A stretch of 64,000 nucleotides of DNA from a candidate division WOR-3 bacterium. Its GTDB lineage: Bacteria > Hydrothermota > Tepidihabitantia > Tepidihabitantales > Tepidihabitantaceae. Position 1 is the stretch's first letter, and each line of letters opens with the position of its first letter. A program made the translations under genes and the position numbers. The notes under the pieces are model-generated. The model was given only the letters and a program-made list of their open reading frames with translations. It had not been told where the DNA came from and made no database searches. Below, piece by piece: positions 10,785 through 20,295 of the stretch. The stretch covers positions 64,001 through 128,000 of the forward strand of contig CBFGIT010000003.1 of NCBI GenBank assembly GCA_965648905.1. The letters are read 5' to 3'.

Positions 10785-11435
10785 GTGCGACTAGCTATCG
10801 CGTTCGCGTCCGTACTGCTCTTTGCCTGCGGCAGCCGCAGCGCGAAGCTGCGCGCCCAACTGGCCGACCCTGACCCTGACGTGCGCATCACTGCGGCCAA
10901 AGCTTTGGGCGAAGCCCGGGACACCGCCGCGGTGATGAAACTGGTCGAGATGCTCAAGGACTCGATCCCTGACGTCCGCAAAGAAGCAGCCCGAGCTCTG
11001 GGCAGAATCGGCGACCGACGCGCGGCCCGACCTTTGGCCGACTTCTACGAGCAGGAAAGAATCGAGGACGTAGCCGATGCTGGAGCGCGGGCTCTGCTTA
11101 GCCTCGGTCATGCTGCGGTTGATGAGTTCATCCGCCTGACCCGCTCATTCCGGCCCGGCATCCGGGCCGGTGCGGCGCGCGGTCTGGGCAGACTCGGCAG
11201 CCGGGCCGGAGTGGACCCGCTCATTCGGCTCCTCGACGACCGTGAAGAAGACGTTCGAATTGCCGCGATTCACGGACTGCGTCAGATTGGTGACGCACGC
11301 GGGCTCGATGCAATCGCCCGCAAGGTCGCGGATGAAGACGAGGATGTCGAGTCTGCGGCCGAACGCGCGCTGAGCGGCCAGGGGTACGAAGAAGAGCTGA
11401 ACCGCACCCGTCGCATCGTCCGCCGCTTCCGCTGA
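10785..11435 (+). CDS. HEAT-repeat lipoprotein
   Basis: Lipobox LLFAC; repeated VRxxAAxALG motifs; GTG 10785 chosen because TTGACG-17-TAGGAT lies just upstream. Confidence 0.8.
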   Translation: MRLAIAFASVLLFACGSRSAKLRAQLADPDPDVRITAAKALGEARDTAAVMKLVEMLKDSIPDVRKEAARALGRIGDRRAARPLADFYEQERIEDVADAGARALLSLGHAAVDEFIRLTRSFRPGIRAGAARGLGRLGSRAGVDPLIRLLDDREEDVRIAAIHGLRQIGDARGLDAIARKVADEDEDVESAAERALSGQGYEEELNRTRRIVRRFR

Positions 11436-11441
11436 ACCGCG

Positions 11442-11993
11442 ATGACAGCCGGCAAACGGCAACGCACGACTATTGGCCGCTGGCTGTATCGCTGGCGCGC
11501 ACCGCTCGGCGTGCTCGGATATCTGGCTGCCCTTACTCTGAGTGATTTCTCAGTCACCGCGCTGGTCTTCGGTCTGCCGCTGGTCTTGTCGGGGCTGGTC
11601 CTGAGGTTCTGGGCCGCAGGTTACATCGGCTCGCACGGCCGGGGGAAGGAAATCCGGGTCGTTGAACTGGTGCAGCGCGGGCCATACCGTTGGACCGCCC
11701 ATCCATTGTATCTGGGCAACGGTCTACTGGTTGCTGGGGTGCTTGTGGCGCTTGCGCCGCCGTGGTGGCTGAGACTGGCCATCGTTGTGTTCTTTGTCAT
11801 CGAGTACTCGCTGATTGCGCAGGTCGAGAACGAGGAACTCCAGGCTTCGGTCTTAAGTCGGCAGACAGAAGTGGAAACGTGGCACATGCGTCGTGCCGTG
11901 GGCGAATGGCAGACCCTTGCCACCACAACTGCCGCCCTGCTGCTTGCTGCGTTCGTTGCCTGGCTCAAAGCCAGACCAGCCGTGCCTGCCTAG
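11442..11993 (+). CDS. Isoprenylcysteine carboxyl methyltransferase/PEMT-family membrane protein
   Basis: LVQRGPYRWTAHPLYLGN motif; several TM segments. Confidence 0.75.
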   Translation: MTAGKRQRTTIGRWLYRWRAPLGVLGYLAALTLSDFSVTALVFGLPLVLSGLVLRFWAAGYIGSHGRGKEIRVVELVQRGPYRWTAHPLYLGNGLLVAGVLVALAPPWWLRLAIVVFFVIEYSLIAQVENEELQASVLSRQTEVETWHMRRAVGEWQTLATTTAALLLAAFVAWLKARPAVPA

Positions 11994-13318
11994 CGCGGCA
12001 GAATCCTGAGTCTGGCGGTAAGTGAGACGGTCCGGTCCAGCTCAAGGTCGCGCACACGCGCGACAATCAGATAGCTGCCGGGCCGCAGGTTCATGGTGTG
12101 GAGCCGCTCGACCACTGTTGCCGAAGTGCCCGGTCCAGAGACAAACCGAGGCGGGGTGGCTGCAAACGCAAGCTGGCGGCTTGACTCCTCGATGAAGTCG
12201 TACTCAATCTGGAGCCGGTGCCGGCCACTCGAATCCTGGCCAAGGTTGTAGACCTGGTACAGAACATAGCACGTTCTTCCGCTCTCGATGCTCGGTTCGA
12301 CCATCGGCACGAGCCGCTGCCAGCCATGCCCGACAAACTGGGGGCTCTGGAAAGCCGAGTCGGCCAGTGAAAAGAATACCACGTCTGATGACAACTGAGC
12401 CCGTCGAACATAGTCGAGCAGGTTCAGCTCCCGGTTCACAACCGACCCTGCTCTGCCGTCAACGGTCACGGCTGAGACCCGGACTGTGTAGACGTCGACC
12501 GGCAGGACCAATGCCTCACGACCAACCGCCAGCCTCGAGCCCACGCTCTCTTCCGGCACCGACGTGCCCAACCAGGAAGCGACTGTCCGGCGTGCGCCTT
12601 TGCCCCGCGGCACGAACTCAGCAGCAAGATGGATTAGCGGCTGCGACCGGCCGAAAAGCCGCGCCAGTTTGGCAAGCGGTACGCCAAAGTGCAGCTCGAC
12701 CTGAACCGAGTCGTCCTTCTGACCAAGGCGGCCCAGCGCGACCGCCAGATTCAACTGCTCGGCACCCGCGTTCAACTGAGGCGGAGTTCGGCCCAGGTCA
12801 ACCGGTTCAAGCGCCGGCATCGTGACGCGCGGCCCAAACTCCGAGCTGCCCACAGCCCGGTAAGCAACACCGGTCTTGACATAATCGAACTGCAGCCCAA
12901 GGCTGTCGTAGGTCCATACCTCTGCTGCTGGAACCACGACGGTGAGTGACTCGGTACGGGTCGTCTTCGGCTCAAAGACCTCACGCCGGGCCGGGCCGAA
13001 CCTGATGTAGGTCTGAACCCGCTCATCACCGAACAGGTCAAGCTGCCCGTAGAATCTCCGGGCCTGAACTGCTCTCTCCTGATACAGGCTGCGGTCTGCG
13101 GCAAAGGGCGACTGCTTCCAGAACCAGCTAAGGTAGTCGGCCCGGCCCGCCTTTGTTCCTGCTGTCAGATAGGCTGCGCCTGCCTCAGGCGCGATGCTCG
13201 CAAGGATGACGTACTCAAGCTTCTCGGCATCAGCCAGCGCATCACCAGGCGTGAGGGTCTTGACCTGAGAGCAGGCAAAGGCCAGCAGCCAGCAGACGCT
13301 GGGTAGTACGCGCATCAC
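11990..13318 (-). CDS. GWxTD-like domain lipoprotein
   Basis: Lipobox LAFAC; YLSWFWK...ERAVQARRFY...DERVQTYIRFGP resembles a degenerate GWxTD domain. Confidence 0.55.
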   Translation of the reverse strand: MMRVLPSVCWLLAFACSQVKTLTPGDALADAEKLEYVILASIAPEAGAAYLTAGTKAGRADYLSWFWKQSPFAADRSLYQERAVQARRFYGQLDLFGDERVQTYIRFGPARREVFEPKTTRTESLTVVVPAAEVWTYDSLGLQFDYVKTGVAYRAVGSSEFGPRVTMPALEPVDLGRTPPQLNAGAEQLNLAVALGRLGQKDDSVQVELHFGVPLAKLARLFGRSQPLIHLAAEFVPRGKGARRTVASWLGTSVPEESVGSRLAVGREALVLPVDVYTVRVSAVTVDGRAGSVVNRELNLLDYVRRAQLSSDVVFFSLADSAFQSPQFVGHGWQRLVPMVEPSIESGRTCYVLYQVYNLGQDSSGRHRLQIEYDFIEESSRQLAFAATPPRFVSGPGTSATVVERLHTMNLRPGSYLIVARVRDLELDRTVSLTARLRILPR

Positions 13319-13330
13319 TAGTCGGCGCAG

Positions 13331-15037
13331 CTATTCAAGCATCGGGATTCTGATGCCATGCTCTCGCGCCACCTCTCGCGCGTCTTCATACCCGGCATCA
13401 GCATGGCGGCAGATTCCAGTGCCCGGGTCGTTCGTCAGCACGCGCTTCAGGCGCTCGTCCATCTCGGGCGTGCCGTCACAAACAATCACCTGACCAGCGT
13501 GGATTGAGTAGCCGATACCAACCCCACCGCCATGATGGATTGAAACCCAGGATGCACCGGACGCAACATTGAGCATCGCATTGAGCAGCGGCCAGTCTGC
13601 CACTGCGTCCGAACCGTCCAGCATCGCCTCGGTCTCGCGGTTCGGCGATGCGACCGAGCCGGTATCAAGATGGTCCCGGCCGATAACAATCGGCGCCTTG
13701 ATTCGGCCCTCGCGCACGGCTCGATTGAACGCCAGCCCGGCTCGTTCCCGCTCGCCGTACCCGAGCCAGCAAATTCGGGCCGGCAGCCCCTGAAAAGGTA
13801 TTGCCTCGCCTGCTTTCTTCAGCCAGTTGAGTAGCGGTCGGTTGTCCGGGAACAACTCGGCAACAATCCGGTCAGTCTCAGCGATGTCTGCCGGGTCACC
13901 AGAGAGCGCGACCCAGCGAAACGGCCCCTTGCCCTGGCAGAACAGGGGCCGAATGTACGCCGGAACAAAACCCGGATACTTCCATGACCCGACCTTGCCC
14001 GGAGTCCTGATTTCTGCCTCAGGCAGAAGCCCGCCCTCGACCGCCTTGCCCCGCAGATTGTTGCCGTAGTCGAAAGTCACTGCTCCCATCGACTGAAGTC
14101 TAAGCATCAACCGGACGTGCTCAGCCATGGTCTGGTACGAGGCTTGGCGGTATGCGGCCGGGTCTGCCTGACGGAGTCTTAGCGCCTGCTCAAAAGACAT
14201 CCCAACCGGCACGTACCCGTTCAGCTCGTCATGGGCTGATGTCTGGTCTGTAAGGATGTCAGGCACAACCTGGCGGCTGACCAGACGCTTGAGCAGGTCC
14301 ACAATGTTTCCGCACCAGGCAACCGACCATGCCTGACGTCTTGCCTTCATATCCAGCGCACGGTCAATCGCCCTGTCCAGGTCATCAATCCGTTCGTCAA
14401 GATAGCGCGGTTTCTGGCTTGCCATCCGGCGTGCTATCCGGCTCGGGTCAACCTCAGCGCCAAGATAAGCTGCACCGGCCATGGTTGCAGCCAGGGGCTG
14501 GGCTCCGCTCATCCCGCCCAGACCGCCTGAGACGACCAGCCGGCCCGAAAGGTCACCTGACCCAAAGTGCCTCACGCCCGCCGCCACGAATGTCTCGTAT
14601 GTCCCCTGCAGGATTCCCTGAGTCCCGATATAAATCCACGACCCGGCGGTCATCTGACCGTACATCATCAGACCGGCCTGTTCCAGCTCATCAAAGTACG
14701 GCTTGGTCGCCCAGTGCGGTACGAGATTGGAATTGGCAATCAGCACGCGCGGTGCGTGCGGCGCAGTACGGAACACGCCGACCGGCTTGCCTGACTGCAC
14801 CAGCATCGTCTCGTCGTTTTCGAGCGAACGCAGCGTGCGTACCAGCGCATGAAAACAGTTCCAATTCCGGGCGGCGCGGCCGGTTCCGCCGTAGACTACG
14901 AGTTCCCTCGGATTCTCGGCTACCGACTCATCCAGATTGTTCATGAGCATCCGCAAGGCCGCCTCCTGATGCCAGCCCTTGCAGGACATGGTCAGGCCGC
15001 GCGGCGCGGTGACGGGTCGATATTCAGCGTTCGTCAT
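13331..15037 (-). CDS. hutU: Urocanate hydratase
   Basis: [56 protein letters not shown]. Confidence 0.97.
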   Translation of the reverse strand: MTNAEYRPVTAPRGLTMSCKGWHQEAALRMLMNNLDESVAENPRELVVYGGTGRAARNWNCFHALVRTLRSLENDETMLVQSGKPVGVFRTAPHAPRVLIANSNLVPHWATKPYFDELEQAGLMMYGQMTAGSWIYIGTQGILQGTYETFVAAGVRHFGSGDLSGRLVVSGGLGGMSGAQPLAATMAGAAYLGAEVDPSRIARRMASQKPRYLDERIDDLDRAIDRALDMKARRQAWSVAWCGNIVDLLKRLVSRQVVPDILTDQTSAHDELNGYVPVGMSFEQALRLRQADPAAYRQASYQTMAEHVRLMLRLQSMGAVTFDYGNNLRGKAVEGGLLPEAEIRTPGKVGSWKYPGFVPAYIRPLFCQGKGPFRWVALSGDPADIAETDRIVAELFPDNRPLLNWLKKAGEAIPFQGLPARICWLGYGERERAGLAFNRAVREGRIKAPIVIGRDHLDTGSVASPNRETEAMLDGSDAVADWPLLNAMLNVASGASWVSIHHGGGVGIGYSIHAGQVIVCDGTPEMDERLKRVLTNDPGTGICRHADAGYEDAREVAREHGIRIPMLE

Positions 15038-15259
15038 CAGTGATACCTCGACAGATGATAGACAGCGCCCAGGTCAATGCAAGCCGGACGAAACCGCTTG
15101 ACCGGTCCCCCGGTCATCACTCCTCGCCAACTCCTTTGCTTGACAGCACGTCTGGTTTCGGTTAAATCATGTCCAATTGACTGCTGCCGGTCCGGTCGGC
15201 TGTGGCCGCGCCGCCGGTCTGCTGGCTGGTCAACAGAGCAAGACCGAGCTTAAGGAGGT

Positions 15260-16249
15260 TTGATGCACTCGACGTTTGATGAAGGTAAGCGGAAACGCAG
15301 TGGCAACAGAAGCCTGGCCTTAGTGCTGGTGCTGGCTGTTGTCGCCCTGGCAGTTGTGATTGTCGTGCTAGTAGCCAAGTCCGGTGACGGTCGGACGGTC
15401 AAAGTGCCGGAATTGAAAGGCAAGGACATGACTGCGGCAGCCGAGCTTGCCGCCAAGAGCAGTCTTGTTGTCAAAGAACAAGCTCGGGTGAAGCACGACA
15501 CTGTGCCGGTTGGATGCGTTGTTACCCAAGTTCCAGACCCAGGCACCAAGGTTGAGAAAAACGACACTATCTTGGTGACGGTCAGCCGGGGCCGGATGAG
15601 CAATGTCCCGGCTCTGGCCGGGTTCAAGAAAGACGATGCACCCGCCGAACTGGGCCGGGCTGGGCTGTCTTTGGGCAAGGTGAGCGTGGCCTCGTCGAAC
15701 GAGTTCCCGGCGGGCAGAATCATCAGCACGAGTCCGGAACCGGGAACTGAGGTCGAGCCAGACAGGCCGGTGGACATTGTTGTCAGTTCCGGGCCCAAGG
15801 TCGTGCCGCCACCGCAGGTTCCGACGTCGTTCCTCCGACCCGGGATGCGGCTTTCGTCAGTCGAGTTGAAAGAGCCGGACAGCCGCGGGTTCAACCTCGC
15901 AGTCGGGGTCGAGGTCGACAATCCCAATGCCATTGCCGGCGCAGTCAAAGGCTTCTACTACAAGCTCGAGGTTGACACCTTCTTCCTGGGCGACGGAAAG
16001 TATCTCTGCAACGTACCACTGAACCCGAACGAGAAGACGCAGGTATCGATTCTTGTCAACATCCGGCATGACCATATCGGTCCGGCCGCGGTCGCGCTCC
16101 TACGTCAGGGTGCGGTTGACTACCGCGTCCGCGGCTACTACGTCCTTGAGGCCCAGGGCGGCCGCTCATTCGAGTCCGTCTCCGCAAGCGGAACCTTCAA
16201 CCTTGCCGACAAACTCGGGCCGTATCTGAGGAGGATCTATGGCAACTGA
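15260..16249 (+). CDS. Membrane-anchored protein with two PASTA domains and a C-terminal LEA_2 (WHy) domain
   Basis: TM helix; VPELKG...VVTQVPDPG and VPALAG...IISTSPEPG PASTA repeats; VDNPN...DYRVRG LEA_2 pattern; AAGGAGG RBS. Confidence 0.75.
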   Translation: MMHSTFDEGKRKRSGNRSLALVLVLAVVALAVVIVVLVAKSGDGRTVKVPELKGKDMTAAAELAAKSSLVVKEQARVKHDTVPVGCVVTQVPDPGTKVEKNDTILVTVSRGRMSNVPALAGFKKDDAPAELGRAGLSLGKVSVASSNEFPAGRIISTSPEPGTEVEPDRPVDIVVSSGPKVVPPPQVPTSFLRPGMRLSSVELKEPDSRGFNLAVGVEVDNPNAIAGAVKGFYYKLEVDTFFLGDGKYLCNVPLNPNEKTQVSILVNIRHDHIGPAAVALLRQGAVDYRVRGYYVLEAQGGRSFESVSASGTFNLADKLGPYLRRIYGN

Positions 16250-16736
16250 AGATACTCGTTGCTCATCACTCATGACTCCTCACTCATCACTCATCTTCCT
16301 CTGCTCATTACTCATCGCTCTGTCTCTTTTCACCGGCTGTGCCACGCTGATGAGGGGTACAGCCGGTGCTATCCTGCTGCAGATGGCGCCGATCGGGCTC
16401 GAGCTCTTCGAGCTGCCGGCCAAGCTCGACCTGAAGGTCACCAACCCGTACCCGGTCAACGTCCGCATCTCCAACGTCAAGTACGAGGTGCTGATTGAGG
16501 GCAGGTCTATTGCCCGGGGCGAGCAGGCGAGTGAAACCATCGTACCCAAGGAAGGCTCGGTCGTGCTCTCAGTACCGCTGTCCATCAGTGCCGGTGAGGC
16601 GCTCTCCGGCATCAAGACCACACTGACCCGGCGCGGGGTCAAGTACCAGGTACGCGGCTCCTACACGGTTGCGTCTGAAACCGAGAGCGAGTTCCGGGTT
16701 TCGTCGCTTCTGAAACCGCTGCTCAGGCGAAAGTGA
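16239..16736 (+). CDS. LEA_2 (WHy) domain lipoprotein
   Basis: Lipobox LFTGC; LKVTNPY...YEVLIEG...YQVRGSY. Confidence 0.7.
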   Translation: MATEDTRCSSLMTPHSSLIFLCSLLIALSLFTGCATLMRGTAGAILLQMAPIGLELFELPAKLDLKVTNPYPVNVRISNVKYEVLIEGRSIARGEQASETIVPKEGSVVLSVPLSISAGEALSGIKTTLTRRGVKYQVRGSYTVASETESEFRVSSLLKPLLRRK

Positions 16737-16772
16737 AATGAGCATACCCGGGCGGGCGACAAGTTGTCGGCC

Positions 16773-18122
16773 ATGATTGGTTCAACTGTCGGGGACTACC
16801 GTGTCACCGAGAAGCTCGGGGCCGGTGGGTTCGGCGTTGTGTACAAGGCCGTGCACCGCATGTTGGAACAGGAAGTCGCCATCAAGACCCTGGACCCGAT
16901 TCTCACCCGCGACCCCAAGTTCCGCCAGCGGTTCTTTGACGAGGCCCGGACCCAGGCCCGGCTCAAGCACCCGAACATCGTCGTACTGCACAACTTCTTC
17001 GAGTACGACGGCCAGTACTTCATCGTGATGGAATACGTCGAGGGCGTGAATCTGGCCGGCGGCCAGTTCGCCCGCACCCTTTCCGACCTCATCAAGCCGG
17101 GCCCGATTCCGGAACCACGAATCATCGCCATTGCCCGCCAGATTCTCGACGGTGTAGGCTGTGCCCACGAACACGGCGTGCTCCACCGCGACATCAAGCC
17201 CCTGAACGTTCTCCTGACCGAGAAAGGGCTGGTCAAGATTGCCGACTTCGGCATCGCCAAGATTGTCGGTGGCGACACGAGCGTATCGGTCTCAGGCACG
17301 CGGGTCGGCACTGCGCCTTACATGTCGCCCGAACAGGTACTGAACGAACCGCTCACCCGCGCGTCAGACATCTACTCTCTCGGCATCACCCTGTATGAGA
17401 TGGCCGTAGGCGAAATTCCGTTCAAGGCAACCTCGACCGAGTCGATTGAGAAACAACACCTGTACGCGCCGCCGCCGCCCCTGCGCAAACGCAACCCTTG
17501 GATTTCCGAGAACTTCGAAGCCGTGGTCCTCAAGGCACTGGCCAAGAAGCCGGAGGAACGGTTCCAGACCTGCGAAGAGTTTTCTGCCGCTCTTGAGGGA
17601 AGAGGCACGGCACCGCAGCCGCGACCTGTGTCTCAACTCGAAGTCACCCGGCCCGAGCCGCCTGCGCCGCGCTCTGAGCTGAGTACTCCGCGCTCTTCGC
17701 CCGTCGATTCTCGCGACCCCGCATCCCGAAACCGCCGTCGGGCCGGGTTGTACATCGGACTGGCAGCAGCAGCTATTGCCGCAGCCGTGGGCATTGGCCT
17801 GCTGCTCAGGCCGAAGCAGGCGCCACTGCCAGAGTCGGGGCCGGCCCGCGTCGAGATGCCCGAGCTTGCCGGCATGGCACTTGCGGACGTGCAGGATGCA
17901 GTACGGCAAAGAGGACTGGTTCTGGTCGGGGTAGACAGCATTCTGACTGACGACGTTGCCAAAGGCAGGGTCGTTTCCTTTTCGCCGGGTGCCGGCACCA
18001 GTGTCATGCGGGGCGACTCAGTACGCATCACCTATTCCTGGGGTCGCAAGACCTGTCCGGACTGCAGCACCCCCCGAAACAAGACTGCCCGATTCTGCAC
18101 CAAGTGCGGGTACAAGTTCTAG
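16773..18122 (+). CDS. Transmembrane Ser/Thr protein kinase with PASTA domain and C-terminal zinc ribbon
   Basis: GAGGFG, VAIK, HRDIKPLN, DFG, YMSPEQ; TM helix; PASTA; CPDC...CTKC; ATG 16773 (MIGSTVG) parallels the start of the second kinase. Confidence 0.92.
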   Translation: MIGSTVGDYRVTEKLGAGGFGVVYKAVHRMLEQEVAIKTLDPILTRDPKFRQRFFDEARTQARLKHPNIVVLHNFFEYDGQYFIVMEYVEGVNLAGGQFARTLSDLIKPGPIPEPRIIAIARQILDGVGCAHEHGVLHRDIKPLNVLLTEKGLVKIADFGIAKIVGGDTSVSVSGTRVGTAPYMSPEQVLNEPLTRASDIYSLGITLYEMAVGEIPFKATSTESIEKQHLYAPPPPLRKRNPWISENFEAVVLKALAKKPEERFQTCEEFSAALEGRGTAPQPRPVSQLEVTRPEPPAPRSELSTPRSSPVDSRDPASRNRRRAGLYIGLAAAAIAAAVGIGLLLRPKQAPLPESGPARVEMPELAGMALADVQDAVRQRGLVLVGVDSILTDDVAKGRVVSFSPGAGTSVMRGDSVRITYSWGRKTCPDCSTPRNKTARFCTKCGYKF

Positions 18123-18261
18123 CGATGAACCGCTGACGGCTCACAGCCGACAGCCTACAGCAATCAGCGAATGCCCTCTCCCTCGACGGGCGCTGCGCCA
18201 GCTACGCGCCGGGTCGTCTGCTTCCTGTTGACACGGCACAGCAGTCAGCTACATTTGACCG

Positions 18262-19776
18262 GTGCCGCAGACATATCCTGCTCCGCGCTCATCACCCGCT
18301 GCTCGTCGTTCATCCCTCGCTCATCGTCTTGTCCTCATCTCCCTTCACTCACTACTCATCACCCTCCTCCTTTTTTCGCTCGCCGCGAAGAAGTGCCCGC
18401 AGTGCGGCCGGGAGTACGACGACAGCCAGAACTTCTGCGCCGAGTGCGAGGATGCTGAAGGCAGGCCGGTGCGGCTCAGGGCCGTGCCGGCAAAGCCCAG
18501 GGAGAAACCGAAGGTGCAGGGAACCGTGATTCTGTCCGGCGACACCCTCGTTGTTTTGTCGACTCCGTCCGGTGCCGCAGTCAAGGTTGATGACCGGTAC
18601 GTGGGTAATACGCCGGACACTCTGGTCGGTCTGGGCCTCGAAGTGGGCGTGCACTCAATCCAACTGAGCGCACCCGGCCATACCGACTTCACGACCGAGC
18701 TCGAAGTCCGTCCGGTCGTACCGGTCGCAGGCCGGGTTCTTGCTGCTCCGGAAAGCCTGTTCTTCTTCTCCGAACCAGTCGGTGCCGAAGTGCTGCTCGA
18801 CGGCAGACCGGCAGGCAACACGCCGGACACTGCGGTCGGGCTCAAGCCGGGCAGGCACGTCGTGGTAATGAACCTGACCGGCTTCCTGCCCTGTACCACC
18901 GAGGTCGAGGTACCCTTGCCGGTCAAGGTCTTCCTCGGCCGAACCACTGCGGGCCACGAAGAGTGGCTCTGGCTCAAGGATTCGTCAGTAATGGTAAGAA
19001 TCCCGGCGGGCGAGTTTGAAATGGGCAGCGCAACGGCCGACGACCCACGTGACGAGCGACCCCTGCACCGGGTATACCTTGACGAGTACCTCATCGACAA
19101 GTACGAAGTCACCAACCACCAGTTCGAGAAGTTCGTGACCGAGACCGGATACAAGACCGAGGCTGAGAAAGCCGGCGTTGGCTGGTACTTTGTGACTCAG
19201 ACACCAAAATGGGAAGCAAGAAAAGGAATAAGCTGGCGGACTTTCTTCACGCCGGAAAGGAAAGACCATCCGGTCGTGCTCGTTTCGTGGAACGACGCCA
19301 GGGCCTACTGCGACTGGGCTGGCAAGAGACTGCCAACCGAGGCTGAGTGGGAAAAGGCAGCGCGTGGCACTGGTACGAGGACATTTCCCTGGGGTGAGGA
19401 ACCACCAGACGCAGGCGGTGTGAACCGGGTCAACTGGGGACGGGGCATGAGACGGGAAGACCTTCTCCGTGACGGCTACGAACATACTGCGCCGGTCGGT
19501 ACCTTCCCTGCCGGCTCGTCGCCTTATGGCTGCATGGACATGGCCGGCAATGCTCAGGAGTGGTGTAACGACTGGTACGACCCGGACTACTACAGCACCT
19601 CAAGAACCACAGGCCGGAATCCGGCCGGGCCGGACTCAGGCTCAGCCCGGGTCCTGCGCGGCGGCTCGGCCTACAGCCAGACAAACGAACTCCGCTGTGC
19701 CGACCGCTTCTTCTGCCCGCCTGCTGCTGCCTATGACATCATCGGGTTCCGCAGCGCAGCAGGCACTGCCAAGTGA
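18262..19776 (+). CDS. Secreted zinc-ribbon + 2x PEGA + FGE-sulfatase (CLec-fold) domain protein
   Basis: Signal peptide; CPQC...CAEC; STPSGAAVKVD/SEPVGAEVLLDG PEGA repeats; KRLPTEAEWEKAARG, DMAGN, RVLRGGS, GFR. Confidence 0.85.
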   Translation: MPQTYPAPRSSPAARRSSLAHRLVLISLHSLLITLLLFSLAAKKCPQCGREYDDSQNFCAECEDAEGRPVRLRAVPAKPREKPKVQGTVILSGDTLVVLSTPSGAAVKVDDRYVGNTPDTLVGLGLEVGVHSIQLSAPGHTDFTTELEVRPVVPVAGRVLAAPESLFFFSEPVGAEVLLDGRPAGNTPDTAVGLKPGRHVVVMNLTGFLPCTTEVEVPLPVKVFLGRTTAGHEEWLWLKDSSVMVRIPAGEFEMGSATADDPRDERPLHRVYLDEYLIDKYEVTNHQFEKFVTETGYKTEAEKAGVGWYFVTQTPKWEARKGISWRTFFTPERKDHPVVLVSWNDARAYCDWAGKRLPTEAEWEKAARGTGTRTFPWGEEPPDAGGVNRVNWGRGMRREDLLRDGYEHTAPVGTFPAGSSPYGCMDMAGNAQEWCNDWYDPDYYSTSRTTGRNPAGPDSGSARVLRGGSAYSQTNELRCADRFFCPPAAAYDIIGFRSAAGTAK

Positions 19777-20282
19777 AGTTCATTTCTCCCGCTCACGACC
19801 CATCGCCCTCGGCTCCTCGCTTCCCTCTCAGCACCCTCCATTCATTACTCATCACTCTCTTCTTCCTTTCCGGCTGCAATCTACTGCTCAAGCCGGCCGA
19901 GGTCGAGCTGGTCGGACTCGCGTTCTCGGGCGAGCGGGTGGTTGACTTAAGCGTCAGGATTCGCAACCCCAATGCAGTCGCAGTCCGGGCGTCAGAGGTG
20001 GAGTACACGGTAAACATCGGCCCAGAGGTCATCGGCCAAGGCAGGACATCTGAAGTCATCAAGCTTGGGCCCAGGGGCTCGGTGGTCACCCGGTTTCCGC
20101 TGAGCTATGACCTGGCAGCGATGGTGCGGGCCATACCGCAGCTTACCCGTGACACGGTTGTCTGCCAGGTGCAAGGCAGCTACCGGCTCGAAGCACTCCT
20201 GTTCCGCCCCAAGCTCAGGTTCGCAGTTGAACGGCGCGTGGCAGTGAAGCATGAGTTGCTCAACATCCTGAGAGGCAAATGA
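19773..20282 (+). CDS. LEA_2 (WHy) domain lipoprotein
   Basis: Lipobox FLSGC; VRIRNPNAV...YTVNIG...IGQG. Confidence 0.7.
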   Translation: MKFISPAHDPSPSAPRFPLSTLHSLLITLFFLSGCNLLLKPAEVELVGLAFSGERVVDLSVRIRNPNAVAVRASEVEYTVNIGPEVIGQGRTSEVIKLGPRGSVVTRFPLSYDLAAMVRAIPQLTRDTVVCQVQGSYRLEALLFRPKLRFAVERRVAVKHELLNILRGK

Positions 20283-20295
20283 GACAGACAAGCAG

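Noticed and set aside
13331..15037. hutU without other hut genes
   Set aside because: Scattered hut genes are common, and the rest may lie outside the window.
19635..19776. C-terminus of the third FGE gene as another VR
   Set aside because: It differs from TR at many non-adenine positions (e.g. TGG>GCC, CGT>CGC, GGT>GGC) and lacks the IMH/hairpin cassette, so it is not a current target of this TR.
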